Below are positions 16,495 through 23,949 of a stretch of DNA of 64,000 bases, in pieces. How positions within the stretch are numbered: position 1 is the first letter of the stretch; the number at the start of each line of letters is the position of its first letter. The notes under the pieces are model-generated. The model did not search any database. It was not told the origin of the DNA and saw nothing but the letters and a program-made list of their open reading frames with translations. The translations under genes and the position numbers were made by a program. The stretch is from a virus. The DNA is taken from positions 1 through 64,000 of the IMG/VR virus record IMGVR_UViG_3300003154_000002; one strand, 5' to 3'.

Positions 16495-16656
16495 ATGTCA
16501 AGCAAAAAGAAACATGTATGTAAGTGTGAGTATACTTGGGCACAATACGCCATGGTGACGTATTTAACTTTTGTTGGTGCATTTCTTTCTACATTAGAGA
16601 TTATTCATGTGTTAGAACATTTAGGATTAACCAAATTATATAGTATTCTATTTTAA
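16495..16656 (+). CDS. possible 53-aa membrane peptide (below cutoff)
   Basis: ATG follows AAAGGAGA. TM-like segment YAMVTYLTFVGAFLSTLEII. Fills the gap. Confidence 0.4.
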   Translation: MSSKKKHVCKCEYTWAQYAMVTYLTFVGAFLSTLEIIHVLEHLGLTKLYSILF

Positions 16657-16663
16657 GGACAGA

Positions 16664-17323
16664 ATGGAAGTTATGGGTTTAAAACTAGTTTGCATAAGCG
16701 ACACTCATAATAACGACCTAACAAAGTTAAAATTACCAGAAGGAGATATTCTTATTCATTCTGGTGATTTCACGATGATGGGTACGTTAAATGAAGTTCG
16801 CGCAGCAATGGGCCAGCTAAAGGAAATAGCCAATGACTACGGCCACGTTGTATTTACCGCAGGTAATCACGATTGGTTATTTGAAAGACAGCCCGAAGTA
16901 GCAGAAGATCTTGTACCAAAGAACTGTGTTTATTTAAACGATTCAGAAACTACGATTGAAGGATTAGAAATATACGCTTCACCAATCACTCCGTGGTTTG
17001 GAAGTTGGGCATTTAATAAACACGTTGGGCAATCTATCCAAAGACATTGGGATATGATTCCGACAAACACTGACATATTAATTACTCATGGTCCAGCTTA
17101 TGGTATTCTGGATACCGTAAATAACGGGGCCAAAGAAGAACATTGTGGTTGTATCCAATTATTAAGAACTATTCACGATAAAGTACAACCAAAACTTCAT
17201 ATATGCGGTCATATTCATGAAGGACATGGTATATTAACTGTTGGTAAAACAACATTTATTAACGGGAGTCTGTTGGACGATTACTACCATAAAGTATATG
17301 ATCCAATAGTTTTTGATATTTGA
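16664..17323 (+). CDS. calcineurin-like metallophosphoesterase
   Basis: CISDTHN, HSGDF, AGNHD, THGP and GHIHEGHG motifs. Confidence 0.85.
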   Translation: MEVMGLKLVCISDTHNNDLTKLKLPEGDILIHSGDFTMMGTLNEVRAAMGQLKEIANDYGHVVFTAGNHDWLFERQPEVAEDLVPKNCVYLNDSETTIEGLEIYASPITPWFGSWAFNKHVGQSIQRHWDMIPTNTDILITHGPAYGILDTVNNGAKEEHCGCIQLLRTIHDKVQPKLHICGHIHEGHGILTVGKTTFINGSLLDDYYHKVYDPIVFDI

Positions 17324-17553
17324 CAAAACCTTATATCATAGATTTCCACGGTCTTACAATAAAACAATCGAGACAATTGTTCTTTTGGATGGTTGAAAAG
17401 GGACAGGGAATAAAGAAATTATCATTGGTTACTGGAAATGGAGAAATCCAAAAAGAAATAGTAAGACTGTTAGGGGACTATTCAATTAGTTGGCATTTCG
17501 ATGGACCCAACAGAGGATGTATAATTGTTTATATGGGAATGGAGGATGCATGA
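17320..17553 (+). CDS. Smr-like domain protein
   Basis: IIDFHGLTIKQSRQ...LVTGNGE resembles the Smr DLHG...TGxG pattern. Weak call. Confidence 0.45.
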   Translation: MTKPYIIDFHGLTIKQSRQLFFWMVEKGQGIKKLSLVTGNGEIQKEIVRLLGDYSISWHFDGPNRGCIIVYMGMEDA

Positions 17554-17750
17554 AAGATATAGCATTACTTATAGCGGGTATAGGTTTAGTCCTTCTGGGT
17601 TTAATCGGAATATTTTTGATAGAAGGTTTTATAATCAAAACTCTTTGGAATATAATATTTATTAATTATCCTATCGGTTTTAAATCTGGTGTAGCTGCTG
17701 CCATACTAGCAGACTTATTCTTTTGGAGAATTCAAGCTTCAACAAAATAA
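17550..17750 (+). CDS. small multi-pass membrane protein
   Basis: Start refined to ATG 17550 after GGAGGA. Two hydrophobic helices. Confidence 0.55.
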   Translation: MKDIALLIAGIGLVLLGLIGIFLIEGFIIKTLWNIIFINYPIGFKSGVAAAILADLFFWRIQASTK

Positions 17751-17751
17751 T

Positions 17752-18462
17752 ATGAATGAAAAAGATTTTAAAAAACAAAATCGTAAAGATGTTTGTTCTG
17801 GTTGCCCCAAAAGAACGCCTTGTGGCACAATGGATAGTATTTGTGGACTTGTAACACTTTGTCCAGTATGCGAAATAAAAGATACATGTACTGGAGAATG
17901 TAGTCAAGTAAAAGCATATCTTAGCAGAGGTAATCAAGGTAGAACAGGCGAAATTCTTACCAAAAATATTGGTTCTATGGATGATTTTTATTCTTTCCAG
18001 AACTATAATTTAAATAATGAAAATATAATTGAACGAACAAAAAGATACACCATTAATGAAGTGCCTTGGGGGTCTATCTCTTCCAGAGAGAAGACCTTAA
18101 TTATAGACTACTTCTTGAATCGTAAAACCCTCGCAGAGCTATCTAAAGAGCATAGCTTGACTCAAGGCCGGATTTCTCAGCTTTTGTTCGGCTCAAAGGG
18201 TTCTAGCAAGTCAAACAAGAAGAAAATATTACCAACCTGGGGGGCCTTAAAAACACTTCGAGAATATATTACTTATAGAGACTTGTATACAAGATATGGT
18301 CATAATTTGTTTCCAACGCAACGACAAGTTATAAAAGCTTATTACTTTGACTACAAAACAGTAAAGGAAATAGCTAAAGAAACCAATACGTTAACTATCA
18401 CGGTTTACAAACGTCTGGCCTTCGCAAGAAAAAAGCTGAAGAAATTTGCCGTTTCGTTATAA
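17752..18462 (+). CDS. sigma-70 region-4-like/HTH regulator with Cys-rich N-terminus
   Basis: Two HTH-like segments: LSREKTLIIDYFLNRKTLAELSKEHSLTQGRISQLL and PTQRQVIKAYYFDYKTVKEIAKETNTLTITVYKRLAFARKKL. About 9 Cys lie in the first 50 aa. Confidence 0.5.
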   Translation: MNEKDFKKQNRKDVCSGCPKRTPCGTMDSICGLVTLCPVCEIKDTCTGECSQVKAYLSRGNQGRTGEILTKNIGSMDDFYSFQNYNLNNENIIERTKRYTINEVPWGSISSREKTLIIDYFLNRKTLAELSKEHSLTQGRISQLLFGSKGSSKSNKKKILPTWGALKTLREYITYRDLYTRYGHNLFPTQRQVIKAYYFDYKTVKEIAKETNTLTITVYKRLAFARKKLKKFAVSL

Positions 18463-18476
18463 ATACTATAATAATC
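18452..18476 (+). repeat. 25-bp exact repeat TTTCGTTATAAATACTATAATAATC (copy 2)
   Basis: Identical to 9149-9173. Lies 22 nt upstream of the tRNA at 18498. Confidence 0.9.
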
Positions 18477-18497
18477 GATGTGTATTATAGAGGGTGA

Positions 18498-18572
18498 TGC
18501 GGGGTGGCGCAGTAGTAGCGCGGAAGCCTCATAAGCTTTAGGTCGAAGGTGCAATTCCTTCCCCCGCTACCA
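18498..18572 (+). tRNA. tRNA-Met: tRNA with CAU anticodon (Met, or Ile2 if lysidinylated)
   Basis: Acceptor (T)GCGGGG/CCCCGC(T) with a U1-U72 mismatch, A73, CCA. U8. D arm GCGC-AGTAGTA-GCGC. Anticodon arm GAAGC-CTCATAA-GCTTT. T arm GAAGG-TGCAATT-CCTTC. Confidence 0.75.
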
Positions 18573-18577
18573 AAACT

Positions 18578-19015
18578 ATGAAAAAATATATAATCGCATT
18601 GTGTTTACTTGCTTCATGCGGCGGGCATGACTTAAAAGTAAACATAACAAATATGTGTGAAGTTCAACTTGGTAAGAAAGCAGTTGAACGTATTGCTGGA
18701 ATCGAGTTAAACATTCCCGCTTATAGATCTATAAATCCTATGGATCAACAATATGTTTGTGGCCAAAAAGCAGATAATGAAGAACAAATAAAATACATGG
18801 CATGTGCCTCTATTATCGGAGCATTTCTTGGGGGTATAAGTGGTGAATATTTATGCCAGCAAGCATTTCATGAATACTTACACTATGCATCAGCCGAAAA
18901 ATGCAATCAGTTTTATGATTTTACTCAATGTTTTCCTAGAGTCTACCCAGAAGCAATGGTAGAAGCCTGTAAGAATACTAATCAAATCTGTGGAACAGTT
19001 AACGATCCTGAATAG
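18578..19015 (+). CDS. lipoprotein, Cys-rich
   Basis: MKKYIIALCLLASCGG is a signal peptide with the lipobox LASC. Confidence 0.65.
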   Translation: MKKYIIALCLLASCGGHDLKVNITNMCEVQLGKKAVERIAGIELNIPAYRSINPMDQQYVCGQKADNEEQIKYMACASIIGAFLGGISGEYLCQQAFHEYLHYASAEKCNQFYDFTQCFPRVYPEAMVEACKNTNQICGTVNDPE

Positions 19016-19023
19016 AAGGGGAA

Positions 19024-19200
19024 ATGACTAAATTAGAATTCCTAGAGAGCCTACTCGAAGAAGTAGAAAGCTCTAATTCAATAGAAGAAATAGAAGAATT
19101 ACTACAAGCTAAGATCGAAGAGGCACAAACAGAAGAAGAACTCGCCGTTAGTAATCTATCTGAAGAAACCGAAGAAGACGAAGAGGAAGATTCCTATTAA
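19024..19200 (+). CDS. 58-aa highly acidic protein (below cutoff)
   Basis: MTKLEFLESLLEEVESSNSIEEIEELLQAKIEEAQTEEELAVSNLSEETEEDEEEDSY. Roughly 45% of residues are Glu/Asp. Fills the gap after 19015. Confidence 0.5.
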   Translation: MTKLEFLESLLEEVESSNSIEEIEELLQAKIEEAQTEEELAVSNLSEETEEDEEEDSY

Positions 19201-19263
19201 ATTCAACTAATATAATTGTTCATTAGCCTACGGGCTTCGACAATAACCTATCGGAGAATTAAA

Positions 19264-19470
19264 ATGAAATACCCAGAAACGATTTATGTTCGTAAAGAAG
19301 GTTCAGACCAACCTGTAAGTCCTGGTGGATTAACTTGTGATAGTGTTTATTTCTGTTGCGCCCCAGAACTAGAAAGAATCGTGCCATTAAGTAGTGAGCC
19401 GGTAACAATCGGAGTTTATCGTCTTGTAGAAACAAAAGAAGCAAGAGCAGAAATTGTAATTAAGAGTTAA
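19264..19470 (+). CDS. hypothetical protein
   Basis: Start refined to ATG 19264 after GGAGAATTAAA (the track's TTG at 19216 is unlikely). Confidence 0.5.
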   Translation: MKYPETIYVRKEGSDQPVSPGGLTCDSVYFCCAPELERIVPLSSEPVTIGVYRLVETKEARAEIVIKS

Positions 19471-19472
19471 GT

Positions 19473-20111
19473 ATGAATAGAAAACATATGCCAACAGTAC
19501 GGGAATCTATTACTCATAGGTTCTCTATAGCCGGGCATGACGGTTATGTAACAGCGGGTAAATTTGAAGACGGGGCATTAGGTGAGATATTTATACTAAT
19601 GTCTAAAGAAGGTTCTACATTATCGGGTCTATTAGATTGTTTCGCCATTTCTATTTCTATCGGTTTGCAGCGCGGCGTAACTCTATCAGAATATGTAGAT
19701 AAGTTTTGCCACGTTAGGTTTGAACCGTCAGGAATGACAGGTAATCCTGAAATCCCTATAGCTAAATCTATTATTGATTATGTTTTTCGTTGGCTAGCTA
19801 CTCAGTTCCTAAGTAAAGAAGAGATGCGGTCTATCGGTATTATAGAACAAAAAAAGATACCAACAGTACAAGAATATTTAGCTAGTCCTGCGGCAGCAGC
19901 AGACGACGAAGAACAAGTTGTAACAGAAACACTTGGCGAAGAAACAAAAAAACTTATAAAAGAAATGAATGATTCTATAAATCATGCACCAAAAGCATTG
20001 TTTCAAAATCAAGAAGATGCTCCAACTTGCCCTGACTGCGGGGCTATAATGCAAAGATCAGGTAGTTGTTATCTTTGTTCACAATGTGGAAGAACATCGG
20101 GGTGTAGTTAA
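19473..20111 (+). CDS. nrdJ: class II (B12-dependent) ribonucleotide reductase, C-terminal fragment only (NrdJb-like)
   Basis: ESITHRFSIAGHDGYVTAGKFEDGALGEIFILMSKEGSTLSGLLDCFAISISIGLQRGV...RFEPSGMTGNPEIPIAKSIIDYVFRWL, then a terminal CPDCG...CYLCSQCG...GCS. This is the conserved C-terminal block of NrdJ. No N-terminal catalytic barrel lies adjacent. Confidence 0.8.
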   Translation: MNRKHMPTVRESITHRFSIAGHDGYVTAGKFEDGALGEIFILMSKEGSTLSGLLDCFAISISIGLQRGVTLSEYVDKFCHVRFEPSGMTGNPEIPIAKSIIDYVFRWLATQFLSKEEMRSIGIIEQKKIPTVQEYLASPAAAADDEEQVVTETLGEETKKLIKEMNDSINHAPKALFQNQEDAPTCPDCGAIMQRSGSCYLCSQCGRTSGCS

Positions 20112-20119
20112 AGGATAAT

Positions 20120-20605
20120 ATGAAAGAACGAGATAAGACAAATAAATTAGTATCGGATGATTGGTTTGAGGGGCATGACGTATTTTGGATTAGCCCGGAC
20201 AACCAAAGAAGCGTGTTATTAAATCCTGGTAGAGATGTTGTTTGGTTTAAAAAAAGTTATCCTGTTAAAGGAGAGGTCGCTCTAACGCATAAAGAATATA
20301 TCAGAGATCTTCCACAAAAACTAAAAGGTCGTATTGTTGGGGTCTCTGCCACAAGTCAGAATGGACATTTAAAGAGTAAGCCAGTGGGTACATTCTTTGA
20401 GTTGTTTGAAAGTAATCAGGGTTGGAGAGTATGGACTTCTCCTCGGGAGTATTATGAACTTAATGGAAAGAATAGAACAAAAAATAGACAAGTACAAAAA
20501 CCTTCTTGCCCAAACTGTCGTTGTTCTTCAGGCTCTAAAGAAGAAGGATACGGGGGACAAAAAAACGAACATACTTGTCAAAACCATACAACTACCGGAA
20601 CTTAA
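20120..20605 (+). CDS. hypothetical protein (3' end uncertain)
   Basis: 161-aa ORF. The last ~50 aa look like out-of-frame sequence and overlap 20454-20672. Confidence 0.5.
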   Translation: MKERDKTNKLVSDDWFEGHDVFWISPDNQRSVLLNPGRDVVWFKKSYPVKGEVALTHKEYIRDLPQKLKGRIVGVSATSQNGHLKSKPVGTFFELFESNQGWRVWTSPREYYELNGKNRTKNRQVQKPSCPNCRCSSGSKEEGYGGQKNEHTCQNHTTTGT

Positions 20606-20672
20606 AGAAAGAGTACAAAACTACAGAGCTATCATAGACGATTTAGAAGAACTAAAAAATGAAGAGGTATAA
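20454..20672 (+). CDS. coiled-coil hypothetical protein
   Basis: ATG 20454 (or 20463) after GGGAG. Heptad-like MERIEQKIDKYKNLLAQ...LEELKNEE. Confidence 0.5.
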   Translation: MNLMERIEQKIDKYKNLLAQTVVVLQALKKKDTGDKKTNILVKTIQLPELKERVQNYRAIIDDLEELKNEEV

Positions 20673-20844
20673 ATGTACAATTTGTGGTTTTGTCTGTAGT
20701 CTTACTTATAGAACAAAATTTCCAATAAAAAGTACGGATTTATACGCCAAAAATGGAGATATTCTTAGTGTAGGACACATACACAATTTTAAATTCTCAA
20801 CAATAGAAACCCTAAAGGCGATAAAGAATGAAGCTAAGACTTAG
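20659..20844 (+). CDS. small protein, IETLK-tail family (CxxC subgroup)
   Basis: RYKCTICGFVC... and ...STIETLKAIKNEAKT. Confidence 0.55.
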   Translation: MKRYKCTICGFVCSLTYRTKFPIKSTDLYAKNGDILSVGHIHNFKFSTIETLKAIKNEAKT

Positions 20845-21937
20845 TCATACAAGAGCCTCTACATTTAAGTCTTGTTCCCAAAAGGACTATCTTAAATATA
20901 AGCTCAAGATATATCCAAAGGAGCAGGGAGCTAGTTTAGACTTTGGTTCGAGTATAGACGTAGCTTTGGCCTATCTGTTGAAATCAAAGCTCCCCAATGC
21001 TCTATACGATGGGTTATTGGGGTATAAAGACGTATTTGAGAACGATAGTGAACGGGGTTGGAACCTAGCTTTTGACGATTCTACAATTCATTATAGAAGA
21101 GCTGATTACGATTCTTTAGTTGTATCTGGCGACAATGACCAAGCTAGTATTAATACCTGGGGAGAAGAGTTAGGGGTATCTTCGTTTGATGCTTTAGCCG
21201 CCGAAAAGACTAGTAAATACAAGAGATTCGACGGGAACCTGTTAAAGATGTTCAATAGGCTATGCTGGTTGTCTATGTTACGCAAAGGACATTTAATGCT
21301 TGACGCTTTTGTCAGGGATATAATGCCTAAAATTAAAAGGGTAATAGCCGTACAGCACGAAGTAAACGGCAACATAGATGAAAACACAGAAGTAATCGGA
21401 ATCATTGATTTAATTTGTGAGTTTGAGGGGTACCCAGTTCCGATAGTTTTTGATATAAAGACTTCAGCCCAGCCTTATGATTCTTATAAAGCATTGTTTT
21501 CTGAACAATTGTTACTGTATCTTGGGGCGACTAGGGAAGAGTTAAAAACAAGTTATGTAGGTTTCCTCGTCATGTTAAAGAATATGACCAGAAAGCATTA
21601 CTGTAGTAAATGCGGAATAGAAAAAAACAGTAAACATCAAACTTGTCCGGTAGAAAAAAATGGTGTAAGATGTAATGGAGATTGGAAAGATGTACCCGTA
21701 GGAGAGACACAGATACAAATCGAATCAATACCCAAAGCAAAAACAGACGCTTTTCTTACTGGACTATCTAACTTAGCGGAGGTAATCAAATTAGATAAAC
21801 CATATCCAAATTACGAACGCTGTCACGATTATGGTATGTGCGATTATTTCGCACTTTGCCACTACGGCGATAAGTCGAAGTATAAGTTTCCAGAAGATAG
21901 AAAATTGCCTGTAATAAACGAGGAGAAGAAACAATGA
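20828..21937 (+). CDS. PD-(D/E)XK Cas4/RecB-like exonuclease
   Basis: IGIIDLICEF...VFDIKTS (D...D-x-K), EQLLLYL (QxxxY), an N-terminal Cys (KSCSQ) plus C-terminal CHDYGMCDYFALC (Cas4-type 4-Cys cluster), and an inserted CSKCG...CP...C ribbon. Confidence 0.8.
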   Translation: MKLRLSHTRASTFKSCSQKDYLKYKLKIYPKEQGASLDFGSSIDVALAYLLKSKLPNALYDGLLGYKDVFENDSERGWNLAFDDSTIHYRRADYDSLVVSGDNDQASINTWGEELGVSSFDALAAEKTSKYKRFDGNLLKMFNRLCWLSMLRKGHLMLDAFVRDIMPKIKRVIAVQHEVNGNIDENTEVIGIIDLICEFEGYPVPIVFDIKTSAQPYDSYKALFSEQLLLYLGATREELKTSYVGFLVMLKNMTRKHYCSKCGIEKNSKHQTCPVEKNGVRCNGDWKDVPVGETQIQIESIPKAKTDAFLTGLSNLAEVIKLDKPYPNYERCHDYGMCDYFALCHYGDKSKYKFPEDRKLPVINEEKKQ

Positions 21938-22605
21938 CATTGTTAGAAAAGTTAGCTAATATCACAGATGAGTTTGGCTCACTAACCAAGTCAGGAGAGA
22001 ATCCTGCCTTTAAGTACAAGTACGTTAAGGGCGAAGATTCAATGAAGCAATTTAGAGTTCTCGAAGTGAAGCACAAGATTAAGGTTATTCCTGCGGTACA
22101 ACCAAATTCGTTAGTCATTACTCCTAAGAAGGATACTGGATTTGTAACTACATTTATTATGGATTACAATATCTATGATCTGGAGTCTGATGCTAAACTA
22201 ACAGTTAGTATTCCTACACAGGGTTATGATACTACAGATAAAGCGACTTTCAAAGGAATGACAGGAGGATTTAAATATTTCTTGTTGCAGACATTTAGTT
22301 ATAGTTCCGATGATCCGGAAGCAGCAGAAGAAGAGATCCCTTTTGAGATCCCCGCAAAGACGTCATTCAAAAATACAGCACCAGCAAAAACGGATAGTAG
22401 AGTGTCTACATTTACTACAGGACAGAATCAAACGGGTCCGGTACAACCTGTAGGATTTAAGCCTAAGATTGTTGGCACGGAAGTTGCAACTACTAGTAGT
22501 AACACTACGAGCAAGTTTAGTGACATGCTTCCTAAGACTGGCGCAAGCGTGTCATTCAAAGAGAGTGGACTCAGCAGCGCATTTAAGCCAACGGAGAGTA
22601 AGTAA
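21934..22605 (+). CDS. ERF-like single-strand annealing protein (tentative)
   Basis: NPAFKYKYVKGEDSM resembles the ERF N-x-x-F-K-S-K-Y-A-x-L motif. Sits beside an exonuclease. Ser/Thr-rich tail. Confidence 0.5.
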   Translation: MTLLEKLANITDEFGSLTKSGENPAFKYKYVKGEDSMKQFRVLEVKHKIKVIPAVQPNSLVITPKKDTGFVTTFIMDYNIYDLESDAKLTVSIPTQGYDTTDKATFKGMTGGFKYFLLQTFSYSSDDPEAAEEEIPFEIPAKTSFKNTAPAKTDSRVSTFTTGQNQTGPVQPVGFKPKIVGTEVATTSSNTTSKFSDMLPKTGASVSFKESGLSSAFKPTESK

Positions 22606-23117
22606 TGGAGGAAAATAAACTAACACCAGAACAGGTAGTAGAAGAAGTAAATGCTCTTGAAAAGAAGGAAGAAGCAGAAAAACTTACTCTAACGGGGCCG
22701 GTTACAGAAGTAACAGACCTAAAAACAGAGGAGACAAAGACTCCTGAACAAGCAAAAAAAATGACAGCACATGATTATATTGTGCAGGCAGCAAGAGATC
22801 ATATTTCTGGAATGCAGTATATCAGTACTCATATGAAAGAATTAAGTAAGAAAGCAATAACAAGAGTTTCTGTAGCATTATTAAAAACACCAGAAGAAGG
22901 ATCAAAAATAAATTTTCAAAGCGAATTAGAGAGAGCTATTTACGGAGTAGGACAAAGAGTATTAAACGCAAGGACTACATTGATATTAAGTCATATGCAG
23001 TCTCGTATTCAGGAAGATAAAGTAAAAGAACAAGAACAAAAACCAGTAGAACAAACAACAAGTGATAATAAGGAGATAGAAAATGACGGATCAGAAGATA
23101 CTATCAAACAACCCTAG
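22605..23117 (+). CDS. acidic hypothetical protein
   Basis: 170-aa ORF with a TAATG junction. Confidence 0.55.
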   Translation: MEENKLTPEQVVEEVNALEKKEEAEKLTLTGPVTEVTDLKTEETKTPEQAKKMTAHDYIVQAARDHISGMQYISTHMKELSKKAITRVSVALLKTPEEGSKINFQSELERAIYGVGQRVLNARTTLILSHMQSRIQEDKVKEQEQKPVEQTTSDNKEIENDGSEDTIKQP

Positions 23118-23382
23118 TGTAGATGCTAATGGCGAACCTACCTCCCTGGTAATTGGCGTAGCTTGGGATAAGGAATCAAAGAACAAGCCGGGTCTAACTT
23201 ATCAAAGCATTGCGTTCTTGGGAAAGAAGGATACGGATGAGTATGAAGTGATTCTTCGTCGTAAGTCAGACGGTAGCGAGTTGTCATTATATGATTCTAA
23301 ATGTGTGATGTTTAATTCTACTAAGAAGGACGGAGATAATCCAAAGAAGCCTGATAGGATTATTCGCGTATTCCTTTCATAA
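23083..23382 (+). CDS. hypothetical protein (possible small ssDNA-binding/OB protein)
   Basis: 99-aa ORF in the recombination/replication block. Function is a guess from context only. Confidence 0.45.
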   Translation: MTDQKILSNNPSVDANGEPTSLVIGVAWDKESKNKPGLTYQSIAFLGKKDTDEYEVILRRKSDGSELSLYDSKCVMFNSTKKDGDNPKKPDRIIRVFLS

Positions 23383-23395
23383 TTAGTAGCTTGTC

Positions 23396-23424
23396 CGGAG
23401 GTGGGAAGTTAAGTACCACCTCCG
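23396..23424 (+). terminator. GC-rich stem-loop CGGAGGTGG-N11-CCACCTCCG
   Basis: 9-bp perfect stem in the 54-bp gap before the GTG-start HNH gene. No U-tract follows, so it could be a terminator, a processing site or a protein-binding site. Confidence 0.35.
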
Positions 23425-23436
23425 AAAGGAAAGAAA

Positions 23437-23949
23437 GTGAAATGTAAAATATGTAACTTAAATAAATCAGAAAAAGAATTCTACGATCATTCAGTAACGC
23501 GCACACTTGCTAGTGGTATGCTAAAAACATACAATAACAAATATGGAAAATGTATCAAATGTTATTTATCCGATGGTAGAATTTTACGTAATAGATTTTT
23601 AAAAGCAAAAAGAGTGGCTATAGGAAGAAAATTAGAATGGTCAATTTCATTTGAAGAATTTGAAAAATTACAAGAAAACAAACAATGTTTCTATTGTGAG
23701 GGATCATTACCCGAAGTAGGTTGTGGTTTAGATAGAAAGGATAATTCCATAGGATATGTAATCAATAATGTCGTGCCGTGTTGCCGTGGATGTAATTTGA
23801 TAAAAAATCATTTACTTACACACGAAGAAATGTTACAGATTAGACCAATACTAATTAAATCGAGACTGAGGAGAGAATGCCAGAAAAATTTATCGAATTT
23901 AGAAAAGGACTTATTAACCGTGAAAAACGAGCAACAGTTATTGAGTTAG
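23437..23949 (+). CDS. HNH endonuclease (paralog family C)
   Basis: KLEWSISFEEF, CFYCEG...GLDRKDNSIGYVINNVVPCCRGCNLIKN. Paralog of 29775-30266. Confidence 0.8.
   Translation: MKCKICNLNKSEKEFYDHSVTRTLASGMLKTYNNKYGKCIKCYLSDGRILRNRFLKAKRVAIGRKLEWSISFEEFEKLQENKQCFYCEGSLPEVGCGLDRKDNSIGYVINNVVPCCRGCNLIKNHLLTHEEMLQIRPILIKSRLRRECQKNLSNLEKDLLTVKNEQQLLS

Noticed and set aside
19211-19216. TATAAT at 19211-19216, and other isolated TATAAT hexamers (e.g. 15804-15809, 35503-35508), as promoters.
   Set aside because: TATAAT is expected often by chance in DNA this AT-rich. No convincing -35 element lies at 16-18 nt spacing. Some copies sit too close to the start codon.
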